From an uncultured Eubacteriaceae bacterium (lineage in GTDB: Bacteria; Bacillota; Clostridia; Eubacteriales; UBA1433), in contig CALGIV010000079.1 in the NCBI GenBank assembly GCA_937914785.1, positions 1 through 41,156 on the forward strand: a stretch of DNA of 41,156 nt, read 5' to 3'. Of the stretch, positions 8,820-20,653 are shown one piece after another (the first letter of the stretch is position 1; each line of letters opens with the position of its first letter). Below the pieces are notes generated by a model, which did no database searches, was not told the DNA's origin, and was given only the letters and a program-made list of their open reading frames with translations. A program made the translations under genes and the position numbers.

Positions 8820-9770
8820 TTATTCGTCGCTTTGTTTTAACTTCAGACCGATCTCGGCGAGTTTCTTAATAATTTCATTGAGTGATTTCTTGCCGAGGTT
8901 GCGAACCTTCATCATCTCTTCTTCGGTCTTTTGCGTCAATTCTTCTACCGTATTGATGTTTGCACGTTTTAAGCAGTTGTTGCTGCGCACGGACAATTCC
9001 AATTCCTCAATCGACATTTCAAGCATTTTTTCTTTTTTATTCTCTTCTTTTTCGATGAGAATCTCAATATCGTTTAGCTGACTGTCCAGATTAATAAACA
9101 TCTTCAAATGGTCGTTTAACACCTTCGCTGCCAATGAAATGGCGGCTTTGGGCGAAATCGTCCCGTTCGTCCAGATTTTTATGTTCAGCTTATCCAAGTC
9201 GGAAATATTGCCAACGCGTGTCTTTTCGGCTGTAAAATTCACTTTTTTAACAGGTGTGAAAATAGAATCCACCGGCAAAGTCCCGATCGGGTCTTTGGCA
9301 TCCTTGTTCTTATCAGCCGGTGAATACCCTCTGCCTTTGGCAATGGTCAATTCCATATTCAATTCACCATCTTCCGACAGAGAAGCGATATGCAAATCTT
9401 TATTCACGATTTCAATATCGGAACTTATTTCAATGTCGGATGCTTTGATTTCACACTCACCGTTGGCACGAATATACGCCGTCGCGACATCCCCTTCACC
9501 CAAAAACTTGATCGCCAGCTTTTTCAAGTTTAAAATTAACTGAACAACATCTTCCTTAACGCCCTGGATAACGGAAAACTCATGTAGCACACCGTCTATT
9601 TTTACCTTTGTCACCGCTGCGCCGGGAAGCGAGGAAAGCATAATTCTCCTTAAGGAGTTGCCGAGCGTGATTCCGTATCCGCGCTCAAGCGGCTCGACGA
9701 GAAATTCGCCGTATGTTCCCTCTTCGTTCATTTCAGAGATTTCTATTCTCGGTTTCTCAAATTGTATCAT
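8820..9770 (-). CDS. rpoA: RNA polymerase subunit alpha
   Basis: [25 protein letters not shown]; alpha-[17 protein letters not shown]...NLGKKS. Confidence 0.99.
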   Translation of the reverse strand: MIQFEKPRIEISEMNEEGTYGEFLVEPLERGYGITLGNSLRRIMLSSLPGAAVTKVKIDGVLHEFSVIQGVKEDVVQLILNLKKLAIKFLGEGDVATAYIRANGECEIKASDIEISSDIEIVNKDLHIASLSEDGELNMELTIAKGRGYSPADKNKDAKDPIGTLPVDSIFTPVKKVNFTAEKTRVGNISDLDKLNIKIWTNGTISPKAAISLAAKVLNDHLKMFINLDSQLNDIEILIEKEENKKEKMLEMSIEELELSVRSNNCLKRANINTVEELTQKTEEEMMKVRNLGKKSLNEIIKKLAEIGLKLKQSDE

Positions 9771-9812
9771 CTTACCCCTCCAATAATTATTAAATTTCTA
9801 ACGGGGCTTATA

Positions 9813-10439
9813 CTACTTCGAGTAGTATTCTACGATCAGGTTATCTTTGATCTCTATATCAATATCATCGCGTGCAGGCACCATCACCACTTTGCCGCTC
9901 ATCTTTTCCACATCGGCTTCCAACCACTTCGGGATAATTTTCCCGCTGAGGTTTTCTTGCAACGTCTTAAACTTCGGGCTCTTTCTGCTGCCGTCTTTGA
10001 CGTTGATTGTCGTCCCTTCTTTTACGATGAAAGACGGGATATTCACTTTTTTGCCGTCGACTAAGAAATGACCGTGAAGCACCAGCTGCCTTGCTTCTTT
10101 GCGAGAAGATGCAAAGCCCAAGCGATAAACTACATTATCTAATCTGCTTTCAAGTATTCTTAATAAATTTTCCCCTGTTACACCTTGCTGTTTTTCGGCA
10201 ATTTTAAAATAATTGCTGAATTGTTTTTCCAAAACGCCGTACATTCTTCTGGCCTTTTGCTTTTCTCTGAGCTGGATGCCGTATTCACTGAATTTCGTGC
10301 GCCTGCTGCCATGTTGACCCGGCACGGTGCCGCGTCGTTCCATCGCACATTTCGGCGAGTAACACCGGTCGCCTTTTAAAAACAGCTTCGTCTGCTCTTT
10401 ACGGCACAACCTGCATGATGCATCTGTATATCTTGCCAT
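9813..10439 (-). CDS. rpsD: 30S ribosomal protein S4
   Basis: MARYT...CRLCR...QLREKQK...[14 protein letters not shown]...VEYYSK. Confidence 0.99.
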   Translation of the reverse strand: MARYTDASCRLCRKEQTKLFLKGDRCYSPKCAMERRGTVPGQHGSRRTKFSEYGIQLREKQKARRMYGVLEKQFSNYFKIAEKQQGVTGENLLRILESRLDNVVYRLGFASSRKEARQLVLHGHFLVDGKKVNIPSFIVKEGTTINVKDGSRKSPKFKTLQENLSGKIIPKWLEADVEKMSGKVVMVPARDDIDIEIKDNLIVEYYSK

Positions 10440-10452
10440 GTTTTTCCTCCTG

Positions 10453-10848
10453 TTATACCCTTCTGCGTTTTGGCGGTCTGCAGCCGTTATGCGGAATTGG
10501 CGTTACATCCTTAATGCTCGTAATATCTAATCCCGCCGCCTGCAAGCTGCGAATTGCGCTTTCTCTGCCGCTTCCGGGGCCTTTTACAAAAACATCAACG
10601 GTTTTCAGGCCGTGTTCCATTGCCCTTTTAGCCGCTTCTTCCGCCACCGCACTCGCCGCATAAGGCGTGCTTTTCCTCGAACCTTTAAAGCCCAGCTCAC
10701 CGGCACTCGCCCAGGAAATCGCATTGCCCGCGACATCAGAAATTGTTACAATCGTATTGTTGAAACTGGACTTGATATGGGCCTGCCCACGCTCTATATT
10801 CTTCTTTACTTTTCTTCTTCTTACTTTAGACGTCTTTTTTGCTGCCAA
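10453..10848 (-). CDS. rpsK: 30S ribosomal protein S11
   Basis: SFNNTIVT...[10 protein letters not shown]...[18 protein letters not shown] start. Confidence 0.99.
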   Translation of the reverse strand: MAAKKTSKVRRRKVKKNIERGQAHIKSSFNNTIVTISDVAGNAISWASAGELGFKGSRKSTPYAASAVAEEAAKRAMEHGLKTVDVFVKGPGSGRESAIRSLQAAGLDITSIKDVTPIPHNGCRPPKRRRV

Positions 10849-10863
10849 TGAATTTGCCCTCCT

Positions 10864-11232
10864 TTACTTTTTCTTTCTTCCTACAGTCTTTTTCGGGCCT
10901 TTTCTCGTTCTGGCATTTGTTTTTGTCTTCTGCCCTCTGACAGGCAGACCTTTGCGATGTCTGATCCCTCTGTAACAGCCGATTTCCATCAGGCGTTTGA
11001 CGTTCAATTGCGTCTCGCGTCTTAAGTCACCTTCAACCACACACTGACTGTCGATGGTCGAACGTAATTTATTAACTTCTTCTTCTGTCAGGTCTTTAAT
11101 TCTTGTATCCGGGTTGATGCCCGTCTGTGCGAGCACCTTTTGTGAAGTCGTCTTGCCTATCCCGTAAATATAGGTCAGGCCGATCTCCACTCGTTTATCC
11201 CTTGGTAAATCTACTCCGGCTATTCTCGCCAT
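10864..11232 (-). CDS. rpsM: 30S ribosomal protein S13
   Basis: [10 protein letters not shown]...[18 protein letters not shown]. Confidence 0.99.
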   Translation of the reverse strand: MARIAGVDLPRDKRVEIGLTYIYGIGKTTSQKVLAQTGINPDTRIKDLTEEEVNKLRSTIDSQCVVEGDLRRETQLNVKRLMEIGCYRGIRHRKGLPVRGQKTKTNARTRKGPKKTVGRKKK

Positions 11233-11330
11233 GCGCAGTTACACCTCCATTTATTTTCTTTGCTTTTAAATTATCTATATATAAAACGGAAACAGGGTCG
11301 ATACTAGCTGCATCCCGTTTTAGTTTCTGC

Positions 11331-11686
<356 letters not shown>

Positions 11687-11689
11687 ATA

Positions 11690-11977
11690 TCAGCCTTCCT
11701 CCCCTCGTTTTCCGCCGAAGCAGTCGGCAATTTTTTTTCTGATCTCCGCATCTGTCAACAAACCCCTGTCAAGCTTTTCACAAACTTCGAAAAAAACCGT
11801 ATTCGTTTTTCGCAAGTGCTTGACTTTCTTCTTCTTTGGCGAAGCCACCTTACGCTTCCTGCCGTCGCACAACATCACATACTCTTCATCCAGGACGTCG
11901 ACGATTACCATAAAGTGCCCTTTATCCCTGCCGGCAGCAGAGCGCACTACCTGACCTACTACAAGTTCCTGCATCAC
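11690..11977 (-). CDS. KOW-domain RNA-binding protein (L14e-like)
   Basis: GQVVRSAAGRDKG...DGRKRKVASPKKKKVKHL; conserved position between map and infA. Confidence 0.9.
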   Translation of the reverse strand: MMQELVVGQVVRSAAGRDKGHFMVIVDVLDEEYVMLCDGRKRKVASPKKKKVKHLRKTNTVFFEVCEKLDRGLLTDAEIRKKIADCFGGKRGEEG

Positions 11978-12729
11978 ACACTCTCTGTCGTCAAGCTCTC
12001 ACAGGTACCTTTTCTGACCCACAAGGTATTTTCATAGTGTGCCGACAGTGATCGATCGGCCGTAACAACCGTCCAGCCGTCTGCCAGCGCCCGCACCTGA
12101 TAAGTGCCTGCATTCACCATCGGTTCCACCGCCAAAGTCATATTCTCCTTCAGCTGAATCCCGCGCCCACGACGTCCGTAATTTGGAATCGAAGGCCCCT
12201 CATGCATCTGCGTTCCAATGCCGTGTCCGACATAATCGCGCACGACCTGAAACCCGTTTTGCTCGACGTATTCCTGTATTGCCGCAGAAACATCACCCAA
12301 CCGATTGCCTTCAACAGCCAACGGCATCGCTTGTTCCAGACTTTCACGCGTCACGTCGATGAGCCGCTGTGCCGTCTCGCTGACGCTGCCGATCGGAAAA
12401 GTCCGCGCCGCATCGGAGTAATACCCTTTATAGATAGCGCCCGTGTCGACCGAAAGGATGTCGCCTTCAGCCAGAACCCGTTCTTTTAACGGGATCCCGT
12501 GGATAACTTCTTCGTTGATCGATGCGCAAATGGAAGCCGGAAAGCCATTGTAATTCAGAAATGCCGGTACACAATCATAACTGCGAATGATCTCTTCGGC
12601 TATCTTATCCAGTGCCAATGTGCTGACTCCAGGCCTGGCTTCCTTCGCTAATGTGTTTAACACTTTTGCTGTCACACTGCCCGAAAAGCGCATCAGTTCA
12701 ATTTCCTGACTTGTCTTTATCGTAATCAT
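11974..12729 (-). CDS. map: Type I methionine aminopeptidase
   Basis: CASINEEVIHGIP, GHGIG..MHE.P, AVEPM, SAHYENT. Confidence 0.98.
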   Translation of the reverse strand: MITIKTSQEIELMRFSGSVTAKVLNTLAKEARPGVSTLALDKIAEEIIRSYDCVPAFLNYNGFPASICASINEEVIHGIPLKERVLAEGDILSVDTGAIYKGYYSDAARTFPIGSVSETAQRLIDVTRESLEQAMPLAVEGNRLGDVSAAIQEYVEQNGFQVVRDYVGHGIGTQMHEGPSIPNYGRRGRGIQLKENMTLAVEPMVNAGTYQVRALADGWTVVTADRSLSAHYENTLWVRKGTCESLTTESV

Positions 12730-12733
12730 CGGC

Positions 12734-13378
12734 TCACTGCTTCAGCGCTTCAAAAATTTCCTGTGCAACTTCTTTGATGCCCCGCTGGCCGTCAATGTTG
12801 ACCAATACACCCTTTTGACGATAGAAATCAATCAGTGGCTGCGTTTTGCTCTCATATTCCACCAGACGTTTTTTTACCGTCTCTTCTTTATCGTCATCCC
12901 GCTGATACAAGGCCCCTGCACATTTGTCACACACGCCTTCTTTTGAAGGCGGATTATATTTCGCATGCAACGTTGCGCCGCAGTTTTTACAAATTCGTCT
13001 TCCCGTAATCCGGTCAATCAATAAGTTTGCATCAACCGCGATATTTAAAACAACGTCAATTCGCTTCTGTATTTTGCTCAACGCCTCTTCAAGCGCTTCT
13101 GCCTGCGTAAGCGTGCGCGGAAATCCATCCAACATAAACCCGCCTTTTGTATCCTGCCAATTCAATCGGTCTTCGACAAGCTTTACGACTACTTCGTCGG
13201 GAACCAGCAACCCTTTATCCATATAAGATTGTGCTTCAACACCGAGTTTCGTGCCTTCCTTGATGTTTTGTCTAAAGATGTCTCCAGTCGAAATATGCGG
13301 CACTTTCTTCAGTTCAACAATAAATGATGCCTGGGTTCCTTTACCCGCTCCCGGCGGTCCTAATAAAATAATATTCAT
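12734..13378 (-). CDS. adk: Adenylate kinase
   Basis: GPPGAGKGTQA, HISTGD, LDGFPR, Zn-lid CxxC...CxxC. Confidence 0.99.
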   Translation of the reverse strand: MNIILLGPPGAGKGTQASFIVELKKVPHISTGDIFRQNIKEGTKLGVEAQSYMDKGLLVPDEVVVKLVEDRLNWQDTKGGFMLDGFPRTLTQAEALEEALSKIQKRIDVVLNIAVDANLLIDRITGRRICKNCGATLHAKYNPPSKEGVCDKCAGALYQRDDDKEETVKKRLVEYESKTQPLIDFYRQKGVLVNIDGQRGIKEVAQEIFEALKQ

Positions 13379-13393
13379 CGTTTGAAACCTCTT

Positions 13394-14650
13394 TTATTTT
13401 AAGAAACCGGAATAGTTTCTCATCATCAGTTGTTGTTCCAATTGCTTAATGGTATCCAATGCTACCCCGACGACAATGATCAGTGTCGTTCCTGAGAACT
13501 GTAAACTGATTCCCAATGCATTGCCCATAAAGATCGGCAATACCGCGACAATTGCAAGGAAGATACCACCTGCCAGCGTCAGCTTGTTCGACGCTTTTCG
13601 GATGTATTCTGCTGTCGGGCTGCCCGGGCGGATTCCGGGGATAAAGCCGCCATACTTTTTCAAATTATTCGCCACATCATATGGATTGAAAATGGCGCTC
13701 GTATAGAAAAATGCAAACGCAATAATCAATATCACGTAGATGATCGTAGCTGCCACACCACCCCAGGCTAACTTTTCGCTAAGCCATTTTAACCACGCAG
13801 TATTAGGAAAAAAGCTGGCCAGCGTGGAAGGAAACATCGTCAGCGAAGAAGCAAAGATGATTGGAATAACGCCTGACTGATTCAACTTCAGCGGAATCGA
13901 CGTACTTCGGCCGCCGTATACTTTACGCCCTACAACACGCTTTGCATACTGCACCGGAATCTTTCTTTGTCCTTCATTTACCGCAACGATCGCCATAATC
14001 GCCGCAGCTACCAAAATCACCAGCACGATAAACAGATAAACCTTGATCGTGCCATTGACCAGATAATCGTAGGTCTTGACCACACCGGCGGGAATTGTCG
14101 TCACAATACTCGTAAAGATGATCAGCGAAATCCCGTTGCCAATCCCTTTTTCCGTAATTTGTTCACCGAGCCACATCAAGATGGCTGTACCTGCCACGAT
14201 CGTCAATCCGACGATTACCTTTGCGATGACTGCATCGCTCGTCATAATACTCTGAAATCCAAATACCATACCCAACACTTGAATTAACGCTAACAGCATC
14301 GTCAAATATCGGACGTAACGCTCAATTTTTTTACGGCCGTCTTCACCGGCTTTCTGCAATTCCTGCAGCGACGGAATAATCATCGCCAGCAGGTTCATAA
14401 TAATCGAAGCGTTGATATAAGGCGAGATCGACATTGCAAATATTGTAAAATTGCTAAAGTTCCCGCCGGAAATAATGTTCATCAGGTTGAACATTCCGTT
14501 GTTCGTGATAATATCTGCCAACGCACTCGTATCGATGTATGGAACAGGGATAAAACTCCCTATACGATAGACCAGCAAGGCCAATAAAGTAAAGAGTATG
14601 CGCTTCCTCGTCTCGGGAATTTTCCACGCATTCCTTAAGGTTGCAAGCAT
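13394..14650 (-). CDS. secY: Preprotein translocase subunit SecY
   Basis: ISPYINASII, WLGEQIT..GIGNGISL, GVIPIIFA, FIPGIRPG. Confidence 0.99.
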   Translation of the reverse strand: MLATLRNAWKIPETRKRILFTLLALLVYRIGSFIPVPYIDTSALADIITNNGMFNLMNIISGGNFSNFTIFAMSISPYINASIIMNLLAMIIPSLQELQKAGEDGRKKIERYVRYLTMLLALIQVLGMVFGFQSIMTSDAVIAKVIVGLTIVAGTAILMWLGEQITEKGIGNGISLIIFTSIVTTIPAGVVKTYDYLVNGTIKVYLFIVLVILVAAAIMAIVAVNEGQRKIPVQYAKRVVGRKVYGGRSTSIPLKLNQSGVIPIIFASSLTMFPSTLASFFPNTAWLKWLSEKLAWGGVAATIIYVILIIAFAFFYTSAIFNPYDVANNLKKYGGFIPGIRPGSPTAEYIRKASNKLTLAGGIFLAIVAVLPIFMGNALGISLQFSGTTLIIVVGVALDTIKQLEQQLMMRNYSGFLK

Positions 14651-15094
14651 TTAGACCACCTCGGCCTTCCCGCCTGCCGCCTCGATCTTCTCTACTGCAC
14701 TCTTACTGATTTTATTCGCTTTTACGGTCAGAGAGACGTTTAATTCCCCCCTGCCCAGGATTTTAACACCGTCATAATCGTTTTTGATCATGCCTGCCTC
14801 ACGCAGAACCGCTTCGTCTACTGTCGCGCCCTTTTCAAACTTATTCAACTGCTCGACATTGACGACTGCATATTCTGTCTTAAAGCGCTTATTCGTAAAA
14901 CCCCTTTTAGGCAACCTTCTGGCCAACGGCATCTGTCCGCCTTCAAAACCTACGCGAACCTTACCGCCGGAACGGGATTTCTGTCCGTCCTGGCCACGGC
15001 CTGCCGTCTTACCAAGACCCGTAGCTGTCCCACGGCCTTTTCGGACTTTTTTCGATTTTGAACCCTCAGCGGGTTTTAACTCATATAATCTCAT
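14651..15094 (-). CDS. rplO: 50S ribosomal protein L15
   Basis: GRG...GKTAGRG..GQKSRSG...GFEGGQMPL. Confidence 0.99.
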   Translation of the reverse strand: MRLYELKPAEGSKSKKVRKGRGTATGLGKTAGRGQDGQKSRSGGKVRVGFEGGQMPLARRLPKRGFTNKRFKTEYAVVNVEQLNKFEKGATVDEAVLREAGMIKNDYDGVKILGRGELNVSLTVKANKISKSAVEKIEAAGGKAEVV

Positions 15095-15108
15095 AAAGCC
15101 GCGCCTCC

Positions 15109-15288
15109 TTAAATTTCTTCTACTTCAAGCATAAAACTTACTTTGTCTATCATTCCTCTGATTTGAGGAGTGTCTTCTTTTACGACTGCTTTGCCTATCT
15201 TGTTCAACCCCAGTGCTTCTAAGTTCGCGAGTTGCTTTTCTGTTCTGCCTATTTTGCTTCTTTTCAGCGTAATCTTTAATTGCGCCAT
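15109..15288 (-). CDS. rpmD: 50S ribosomal protein L30 (missed by ORF track)
   Basis: Hand translation [59 protein letters not shown]. Confidence 0.97.
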   Translation of the reverse strand: MAQLKITLKRSKIGRTEKQLANLEALGLNKIGKAVVKEDTPQIRGMIDKVSFMLEVEEI

Positions 15289-15301
15289 TCTCCTCGCCTC
15301 C

Positions 15302-15805
15302 TTAACCTAAGATCTCTTCCGGCGTCTTGCCTCTTTTTTTCGCTACTTCTTCAACCGTCGTCAACGCCTTCAAACCTTCCATCGTCGCACGCGCCATATT
15401 GTTCGCATTGTTGGAACCCAGCGACTTCGTTCGAACATCCCGAATGCCGGCCAACTCCAACACCGCACGAACAGCACCGCCTGCGATTACGCCGCTACCT
15501 TTGCTCGCCGGCATCATCAATACTTTGCCGGCGCCGAATCGGCCTATAATCTCATGCGGTATCGTCGTTTTGACCATCGGCACGGCGATCATATTCTTCT
15601 TCGCATCCTCAATACCTTTGCGAATCGCCTCGGGAATTTCGACTGCTTTTCCCGTACCGATTCCGACGTGGCCGTCTTCGTCACCTACGACGACCAGACA
15701 ACTGAAACGGAAGTTTCTGCCACCTTTTACAACCTTGGCAACACGATTGATCTGTACTACTTTTTCTTTGATATCCAACACATTCGCATCAATTCTATCA
15801 TTCAT
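15302..15805 (-). CDS. rpsE: 30S ribosomal protein S5
   Basis: [16 protein letters not shown]...[16 protein letters not shown]. Confidence 0.99.
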   Translation of the reverse strand: MNDRIDANVLDIKEKVVQINRVAKVVKGGRNFRFSCLVVVGDEDGHVGIGTGKAVEIPEAIRKGIEDAKKNMIAVPMVKTTIPHEIIGRFGAGKVLMMPASKGSGVIAGGAVRAVLELAGIRDVRTKSLGSNNANNMARATMEGLKALTTVEEVAKKRGKTPEEILG

Positions 15806-15821
15806 CAGCGTCTTTCCTCCA

Positions 15822-16190
15822 TTAGAAGTTCAGCCCGGCTTCCCTTGCGCCGTCTGCCAACTCTTTTACCCTTCCGTGATAAACATATCCGCCGCGATCG
15901 AATACGACTGTGGTAATTCCCTTTTCCATCGCTTTTTTGCCGATTGCCAGTCCGACAATCTTCGCCGCTTCCTTCTTTGTCGACTTCGCAATTTGCTCCT
16001 GGACTTCTTTTTCTGCCGTCGAAGCCGCCACAAGCGTCGTCCCCTTCGTATCGTCGATAATTTGCGCATAGATATGTTTATTGCTTCTAAATACGTTTAA
16101 TCTGGGGCTTTCGGGAGTGCCGTTGATTTTATTGCGAATTCTATAATGCCTTTTAATTCTCTCTTTGTTTCTTACCGGTTTATTTATCAT
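15822..16190 (-). CDS. rplR: 50S ribosomal protein L18
   Basis: [19 protein letters not shown]...[12 protein letters not shown]. Confidence 0.99.
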   Translation of the reverse strand: MINKPVRNKERIKRHYRIRNKINGTPESPRLNVFRSNKHIYAQIIDDTKGTTLVAASTAEKEVQEQIAKSTKKEAAKIVGLAIGKKAMEKGITTVVFDRGGYVYHGRVKELADGAREAGLNF

Positions 16191-16203
16191 CTTTCACACC
16201 CCT

Positions 16204-16740
16204 CTACTTCCCTGTTTTACCTTCTTTACGACGGACGTATTCGCCGACGTAACGAATGCCTTTGCCCTTATAGGGTTCGGGTGGTCTTTTTTCTCTGATC
16301 ACCGCTGCATAAGCGCCGACCTGCTGTTTGTCGATTCCGGAAACGATGATTTTGTTGTTGCCTTCCATCGCCGTCTCAATGCCTGCAGGGTCCTCCATCT
16401 CGACAGGATGAGAATACCCCAAATTTAATACAAGCTTCTTGCCCTGCTTTTGAGCTCTGTAGCCGACGCCGACGATGTCCAGTTCTTTTTTAAACCCTTC
16501 GCTCACCCCGGTTACCATATTGGCCAAAAGCATTCTGCTCAAACCGTGCAGCTCGCGCAACTCTTTCTCATCGTTATCGCGCGTAACTGTAATTACATTA
16601 TCATTCTGCTCGATATTAATTCCTTTAAAAAATGTCTGGCTCAGTTCCCCTTTCGGGCCCTTTACTTTTACACCAAGACCATTTTTCTCAACCGTGACGC
16701 CGGAAGGAACAGTAATCGGCATTTTACCTACTCTTGACAT
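16204..16740 (-). CDS. rplF: 50S ribosomal protein L6
   Basis: MSRVGK.PI...GVGYRA...[11 protein letters not shown]. Confidence 0.99.
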   Translation of the reverse strand: MSRVGKMPITVPSGVTVEKNGLGVKVKGPKGELSQTFFKGINIEQNDNVITVTRDNDEKELRELHGLSRMLLANMVTGVSEGFKKELDIVGVGYRAQKQGKKLVLNLGYSHPVEMEDPAGIETAMEGNNKIIVSGIDKQQVGAYAAVIREKRPPEPYKGKGIRYVGEYVRRKEGKTGK

Positions 16741-16761
16741 AGCGCTGTTTCCTCCTTCGCC

Positions 16762-17160
16762 TTACCACACATAGCAAATCACTTCACCGCCAACGCCGTT
16801 TCTGCGCGCCGCCTTGTCGGTCAAGATGCCATTTGATGTTGAAATAATCGCAATCCCCAGCCCGTTTAACACGCGCGGAAGTTCATCCTTGCCTGCATAA
16901 ATTCTCAGCCCGGGTTTTGATATTCTCTTTATACCACTGATAACCTTTTGTTTGTTATCGAGATATTTTAACGTGATTTTCATAATGCCCTGTTTGTCGT
17001 CGTCAATGACTTCAAAAGACTTCACATAGCCTTCTTCCACAAGGATTCCGGCGATTGCTTTTTTGATATTTGACGACGGAATTTCAACGGTTTTATGCCC
17101 TGCGTTATTCGCATTTCTGATTCTGGTTAACATATCTGCGATCGGGTCAGTCATTACCAT
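16762..17160 (-). CDS. rpsH: 30S ribosomal protein S8
   Basis: [13 protein letters not shown]...[10 protein letters not shown]...GGEVICYVW. Confidence 0.99.
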   Translation of the reverse strand: MVMTDPIADMLTRIRNANNAGHKTVEIPSSNIKKAIAGILVEEGYVKSFEVIDDDKQGIMKITLKYLDNKQKVISGIKRISKPGLRIYAGKDELPRVLNGLGIAIISTSNGILTDKAARRNGVGGEVICYVW

Positions 17161-17184
17161 TTTTCACTTGCCCCCTTTTCGTAT

Positions 17185-17370
17185 TTACCAACTGGCTTTC
17201 TTCACGCCGGGTATTTCACCTTTGTAAGCCATTTCTCTGAAGCATATTCTGCATATGCCATATTTTCTCAAATAAGCATGAGGTCTGCCGCAACGTCTAC
17301 AACGTGTATATGCCCTCGTAGAATATTTCGGTTCTCTCTGCTGTTTCAACTTCATTGCTTTTTTTGCCAC
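17185..17370 (-). CDS. rpsZ: 30S ribosomal protein S14, type Z (Zn-binding)
   Basis: 61 aa with RCRRCGR...ICRICFRE...KKASW. Confidence 0.98.
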   Translation of the reverse strand: MAKKAMKLKQQREPKYSTRAYTRCRRCGRPHAYLRKYGICRICFREMAYKGEIPGVKKASW

Positions 17371-17384
17371 AGCTTCACTCTCCT

Positions 17385-17924
17385 TTATTTACTGAACGGC
17401 ATACCCAAAAGCTTGAGTAACTCGTAGGATTCTTTATCAGTTTTCGCTGTCGTCACAAAGATGATGTCCATACCTCTGAGTTTTTCGATCTCGTCGTAAT
17501 TGATTTCCGGAAAAATCAGCTGTTCTTTCACACCCATCGTGTAGTTCCCTCTGCCGTCAAACGAATTCGCATTCGTTCCGCGGAAGTCTCGAACGCGCGG
17601 CAGTGCAACATTGAACAACTTGTCGACAAACTCATACATCTTATCGCTTCTCAGCGTTACTTTCGCGCCAATCGTCATACCTTTGCGAAGCTTAAAGTTG
17701 GAAACCGACTTTTTCGCCTGCAAAATAATCGGTCTTTGTCCCGTGATTCTGCCGAGCTCGGCTGCCGCGGCTTCCATTTGCTTCGGATTATCTTTACAAT
17801 CACCAAAACGCATGTTAATGACTATTTTTTCCAGTTTTGGCACCTGCATAATGTTTCCATAGGAAAACTCCGACATTAACGCAGGAACAGTTTCATTTTG
17901 ATATTTTTCTTTTAATCGCACCAT
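17385..17924 (-). CDS. rplE: 50S ribosomal protein L5
   Basis: [11 protein letters not shown]...[10 protein letters not shown]...FDGRGNY. Confidence 0.99.
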   Translation of the reverse strand: MVRLKEKYQNETVPALMSEFSYGNIMQVPKLEKIVINMRFGDCKDNPKQMEAAAAELGRITGQRPIILQAKKSVSNFKLRKGMTIGAKVTLRSDKMYEFVDKLFNVALPRVRDFRGTNANSFDGRGNYTMGVKEQLIFPEINYDEIEKLRGMDIIFVTTAKTDKESYELLKLLGMPFSK

Positions 17925-17941
17925 TTCTTCTACCTCCTACG

Positions 17942-18268
17942 TTATTTGTCGAGCGTCTCGCCGCACTTTACACACACTCTTACTTTCTGCTCGTTGGCAA
18001 GTACCTGCGAAGAAGTCCGCACCCCTTTTTTGCACTTCGGGCAATAAAGCAATACGTTTGATATGTGAATTGCCCCTTCCTGCTTGATGATACCACTTTG
18101 CTGGCCTTCCTTCGTCGCACGCATGTGCTTCGTCCGAACGTTGACACCCTCTACGATAACGCGTTCCGTTTTCGGATACGCTTTTAAAATCTTTCCACTC
18201 TTTCCCTTGTCTTTGCCCGCGATAACAACAACATTGTCATCCTTTTTTACATGAAGTCTCTTTTGCAT
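17942..18268 (-). CDS. rplX: 50S ribosomal protein L24
   Basis: VVVIAGKDKGKSGK...VEGVN...IHISNV. Confidence 0.99.
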   Translation of the reverse strand: MQKRLHVKKDDNVVVIAGKDKGKSGKILKAYPKTERVIVEGVNVRTKHMRATKEGQQSGIIKQEGAIHISNVLLYCPKCKKGVRTSSQVLANEQKVRVCVKCGETLDK

Positions 18269-18282
18269 CTTCTTCTACCTCC

Positions 18283-18651
18283 TTATAACACTTCAGGAGC
18301 CAGAGATACGATCTTCATAAATTTCTTTTCTCTCAACTCTCTCGCCACTGGGCCGAAAATACGCGTTCCCCTCGGCTGCATGTCTTCTTTTATGATCACC
18401 GCCGCGTTCTGGTCAAACTTGATATGACTGCCGTCCGGACGACTCACTCCGCGCTTGGTTCGCACGACGACCGCTCTGACGATCTCGCCTTTCTTGACCA
18501 CTCCACCCGGCGCAGCGCTCTTTACCGTCGCGACGATCACGTCGCCAACATTTGCATATTTCCTTCTCGAACCGCCTAAAACACGGATACACAAAATCTC
18601 TTTTGCGCCCGTATTGTCAGCGATTTTGAGTCTGCTCTCCTGTTGAATCAT
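18283..18651 (-). CDS. rplN: 50S ribosomal protein L14
   Basis: ADNTGAK...[13 protein letters not shown]...SLAPEVL. Confidence 0.99.
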   Translation of the reverse strand: MIQQESRLKIADNTGAKEILCIRVLGGSRRKYANVGDVIVATVKSAAPGGVVKKGEIVRAVVVRTKRGVSRPDGSHIKFDQNAAVIIKEDMQPRGTRIFGPVARELREKKFMKIVSLAPEVL

Positions 18652-18680
18652 TTTATTTTTCCTCCTCGGCGCAAAATGCC

Positions 18681-18941
18681 TTATTTCGCTTTTTCGACGA
18701 TTTCAAACAACCGCCAGTGCTTATCTTTGCTTAAAGGCCTGGTTTCCATTATTTTAACGGTATCGCCAATGCCGCACTCATTCTTTTCATCATGTGCCTT
18801 GAATTTCTTCGTGCTCTTCACTTGTTTTTTATAAACAGGGTGCTTCGCAGTCGTCGATACGGCAACAACGATGGTCTTATCCATTTTGTCAGATACGACT
18901 TTACCGACTCTGACTTTACGATAACCTCTAACTGTATCCAT
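18681..18941 (-). CDS. rpsQ: 30S ribosomal protein S17
   Basis: [14 protein letters not shown]...[13 protein letters not shown]. Confidence 0.99.
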   Translation of the reverse strand: MDTVRGYRKVRVGKVVSDKMDKTIVVAVSTTAKHPVYKKQVKSTKKFKAHDEKNECGIGDTVKIMETRPLSKDKHWRLFEIVEKAK

Positions 18942-18960
18942 TGCTTATCTCCTCCTGTCC

Positions 18961-19164
18961 TTAAGCATCCATCGCCTTCAGCTCTCGCTGGCGCATTATT
19001 GTCTTTACCCGTGCGTAGTCACGTTTTACTTCGCGGATTCTAAGTGCGTTTTCCAACTGCCCTGTGGAATGCTGAAAACGCAAGTTAAACAGCTCCGCTT
19101 TTAAATTTATCAATTGTTCGCTTAATTCCAAATCAGTCATTTCTCTGATATCTTTTGCTTTCAT
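18961..19164 (-). CDS. rpmC: 50S ribosomal protein L29
   Basis: [14 protein letters not shown]...ARVKT. Confidence 0.99.
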   Translation of the reverse strand: MKAKDIREMTDLELSEQLINLKAELFNLRFQHSTGQLENALRIREVKRDYARVKTIMRQRELKAMDA

Positions 19165-19595
19165 TACACTTCACCACCCGCTTCAGATTCTGCTCTGGTT
19201 ATGAATTTTGTTTTAATCGGCAGTTTGTGTCTTGCGAGTCTCATCGCTTCACGCGCAGTTTCCGTATCGACACCGGCAAGCTCAAACATCACTCTGCCGG
19301 GCTTTACAACGGCAACCCAGTATTCGGGAGAACCTTTACCGGAACCCATACGCGTCTCGGCAGGCTTTTTCGTCACGGACTTATCCGGGAAAATCTTAAT
19401 CCATACCTTACCGCCTCTTTTCATATATCTCGTCATAGCGATACGGGCCGCTTCTATCTGATTGGACGTAATCCAACCGGGCTCCATCGCAACAATTGCA
19501 TAATCGCCGTAAGTGATCTTATTGCCGCGCGTCGCCTTACCCGTCATTCTGCCTCTATGCACTTTTCTGTATTTCACCCTTTTAGGCATTAACAT
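19164..19595 (-). CDS. rplP: 50S ribosomal protein L16
   Basis: [15 protein letters not shown]...[14 protein letters not shown]. Confidence 0.99.
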   Translation of the reverse strand: MLMPKRVKYRKVHRGRMTGKATRGNKITYGDYAIVAMEPGWITSNQIEAARIAMTRYMKRGGKVWIKIFPDKSVTKKPAETRMGSGKGSPEYWVAVVKPGRVMFELAGVDTETAREAMRLARHKLPIKTKFITRAESEAGGEV

Positions 19596-19629
19596 TTCGG
19601 TATCCTCCTATAAATCTCTCTGCGATCAA

Positions 19630-20277
19630 CTACTTGCTTTCGTCTCTCGGACCGATTACTTCGCCTTTGTTAATCCAAACTTTGACGCCGATCTTACCAT
19701 ACGTCGTGTCTGCTTCCGCGAAGCCGTAGTCGATGTCGGCGCGCAACGTCTGCAACGGCACATTGCCTTCACTGTAGCGCTCCGAACGCGCGATGTCCGC
19801 ACCGTTCAATCTGCCCGCTACATTCGTCTTGATGCCTTCCGCACCGCCTCTGATCGCTCTGCCGATTGCCTGCTTCATCGCCCTTCGATAAGAAATCCTG
19901 CGTTCAATCTGTTGTGCAATGCTTTCTGCGACCAACTGTGCGTCGCAATCGACATTTTTCACTTCCATGATGTTCATAATGATCTCTTTACCGGTCATTT
20001 CCTGCAATTGCTTCTTCAGTTTATCGATGCTTTCGCCATTTTTGCCGATAATCATGCCGGGTTTGGCCGTATGGATAAAAATCCTTACACGTCCGGCAAA
20101 GCGCTCGATTTCGATGCGGGAAATTCCCGCTTTATATTGTGTTTTTTTGATATATTTTCTAATTTTGTCGTCTTCAATCAGCAGATCTGCAAAATCTCTG
20201 TCTCTTGCATACCATCTGGCATTCCAGTCTTTAATAACGCCTACTCTGAGTCCGTGCGGATTAACCTTTTGTCCCAT
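19630..20277 (-). CDS. rpsC: 30S ribosomal protein S3
   Basis: [13 protein letters not shown]...[12 protein letters not shown]...GVKVWI. Confidence 0.99.
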   Translation of the reverse strand: MGQKVNPHGLRVGVIKDWNARWYARDRDFADLLIEDDKIRKYIKKTQYKAGISRIEIERFAGRVRIFIHTAKPGMIIGKNGESIDKLKKQLQEMTGKEIIMNIMEVKNVDCDAQLVAESIAQQIERRISYRRAMKQAIGRAIRGGAEGIKTNVAGRLNGADIARSERYSEGNVPLQTLRADIDYGFAEADTTYGKIGVKVWINKGEVIGPRDESK

Positions 20278-20291
20278 TTAATTTCCTCCAA

Positions 20292-20630
20292 CTATTCTTT
20301 CTCTTTCAGCACGACAGTAATGTGTGATGTTCTGTGTACCAATGGATTTGCCCTGCCCCTGCTGCCGGCCTTATAGCGGCGCATCATCGTGCCCTGATTA
20401 GCCGACACCTGATATACAAATAAATTATCCGAATTCAAGTTATGATTATTTTCAGCATTTGCAGCTGCTGAATCCACTACTTTCTTCACCATCTTCGCGG
20501 CTTTGTTGTTTCTCGTAAATGTCAGAATATTCTGTGCATCCTTTAAGTCTTTGCCACGAATCAAGTCCACGACCCTCTTTGCTTTACTAGGCGAAATTCT
20601 CACATATTTTGCGGTTGCTCTTGCTTCCAT
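20292..20630 (-). CDS. rplV: 50S ribosomal protein L22
   Basis: VRISPSKAKRVVDLIRGK...SAAANAENN...RTSHITVVL. Confidence 0.98.
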   Translation of the reverse strand: MEARATAKYVRISPSKAKRVVDLIRGKDLKDAQNILTFTRNNKAAKMVKKVVDSAAANAENNHNLNSDNLFVYQVSANQGTMMRRYKAGSRGRANPLVHRTSHITVVLKEKE

Positions 20631-20653
20631 ATTACTTATAATTCCCCTTTCAC

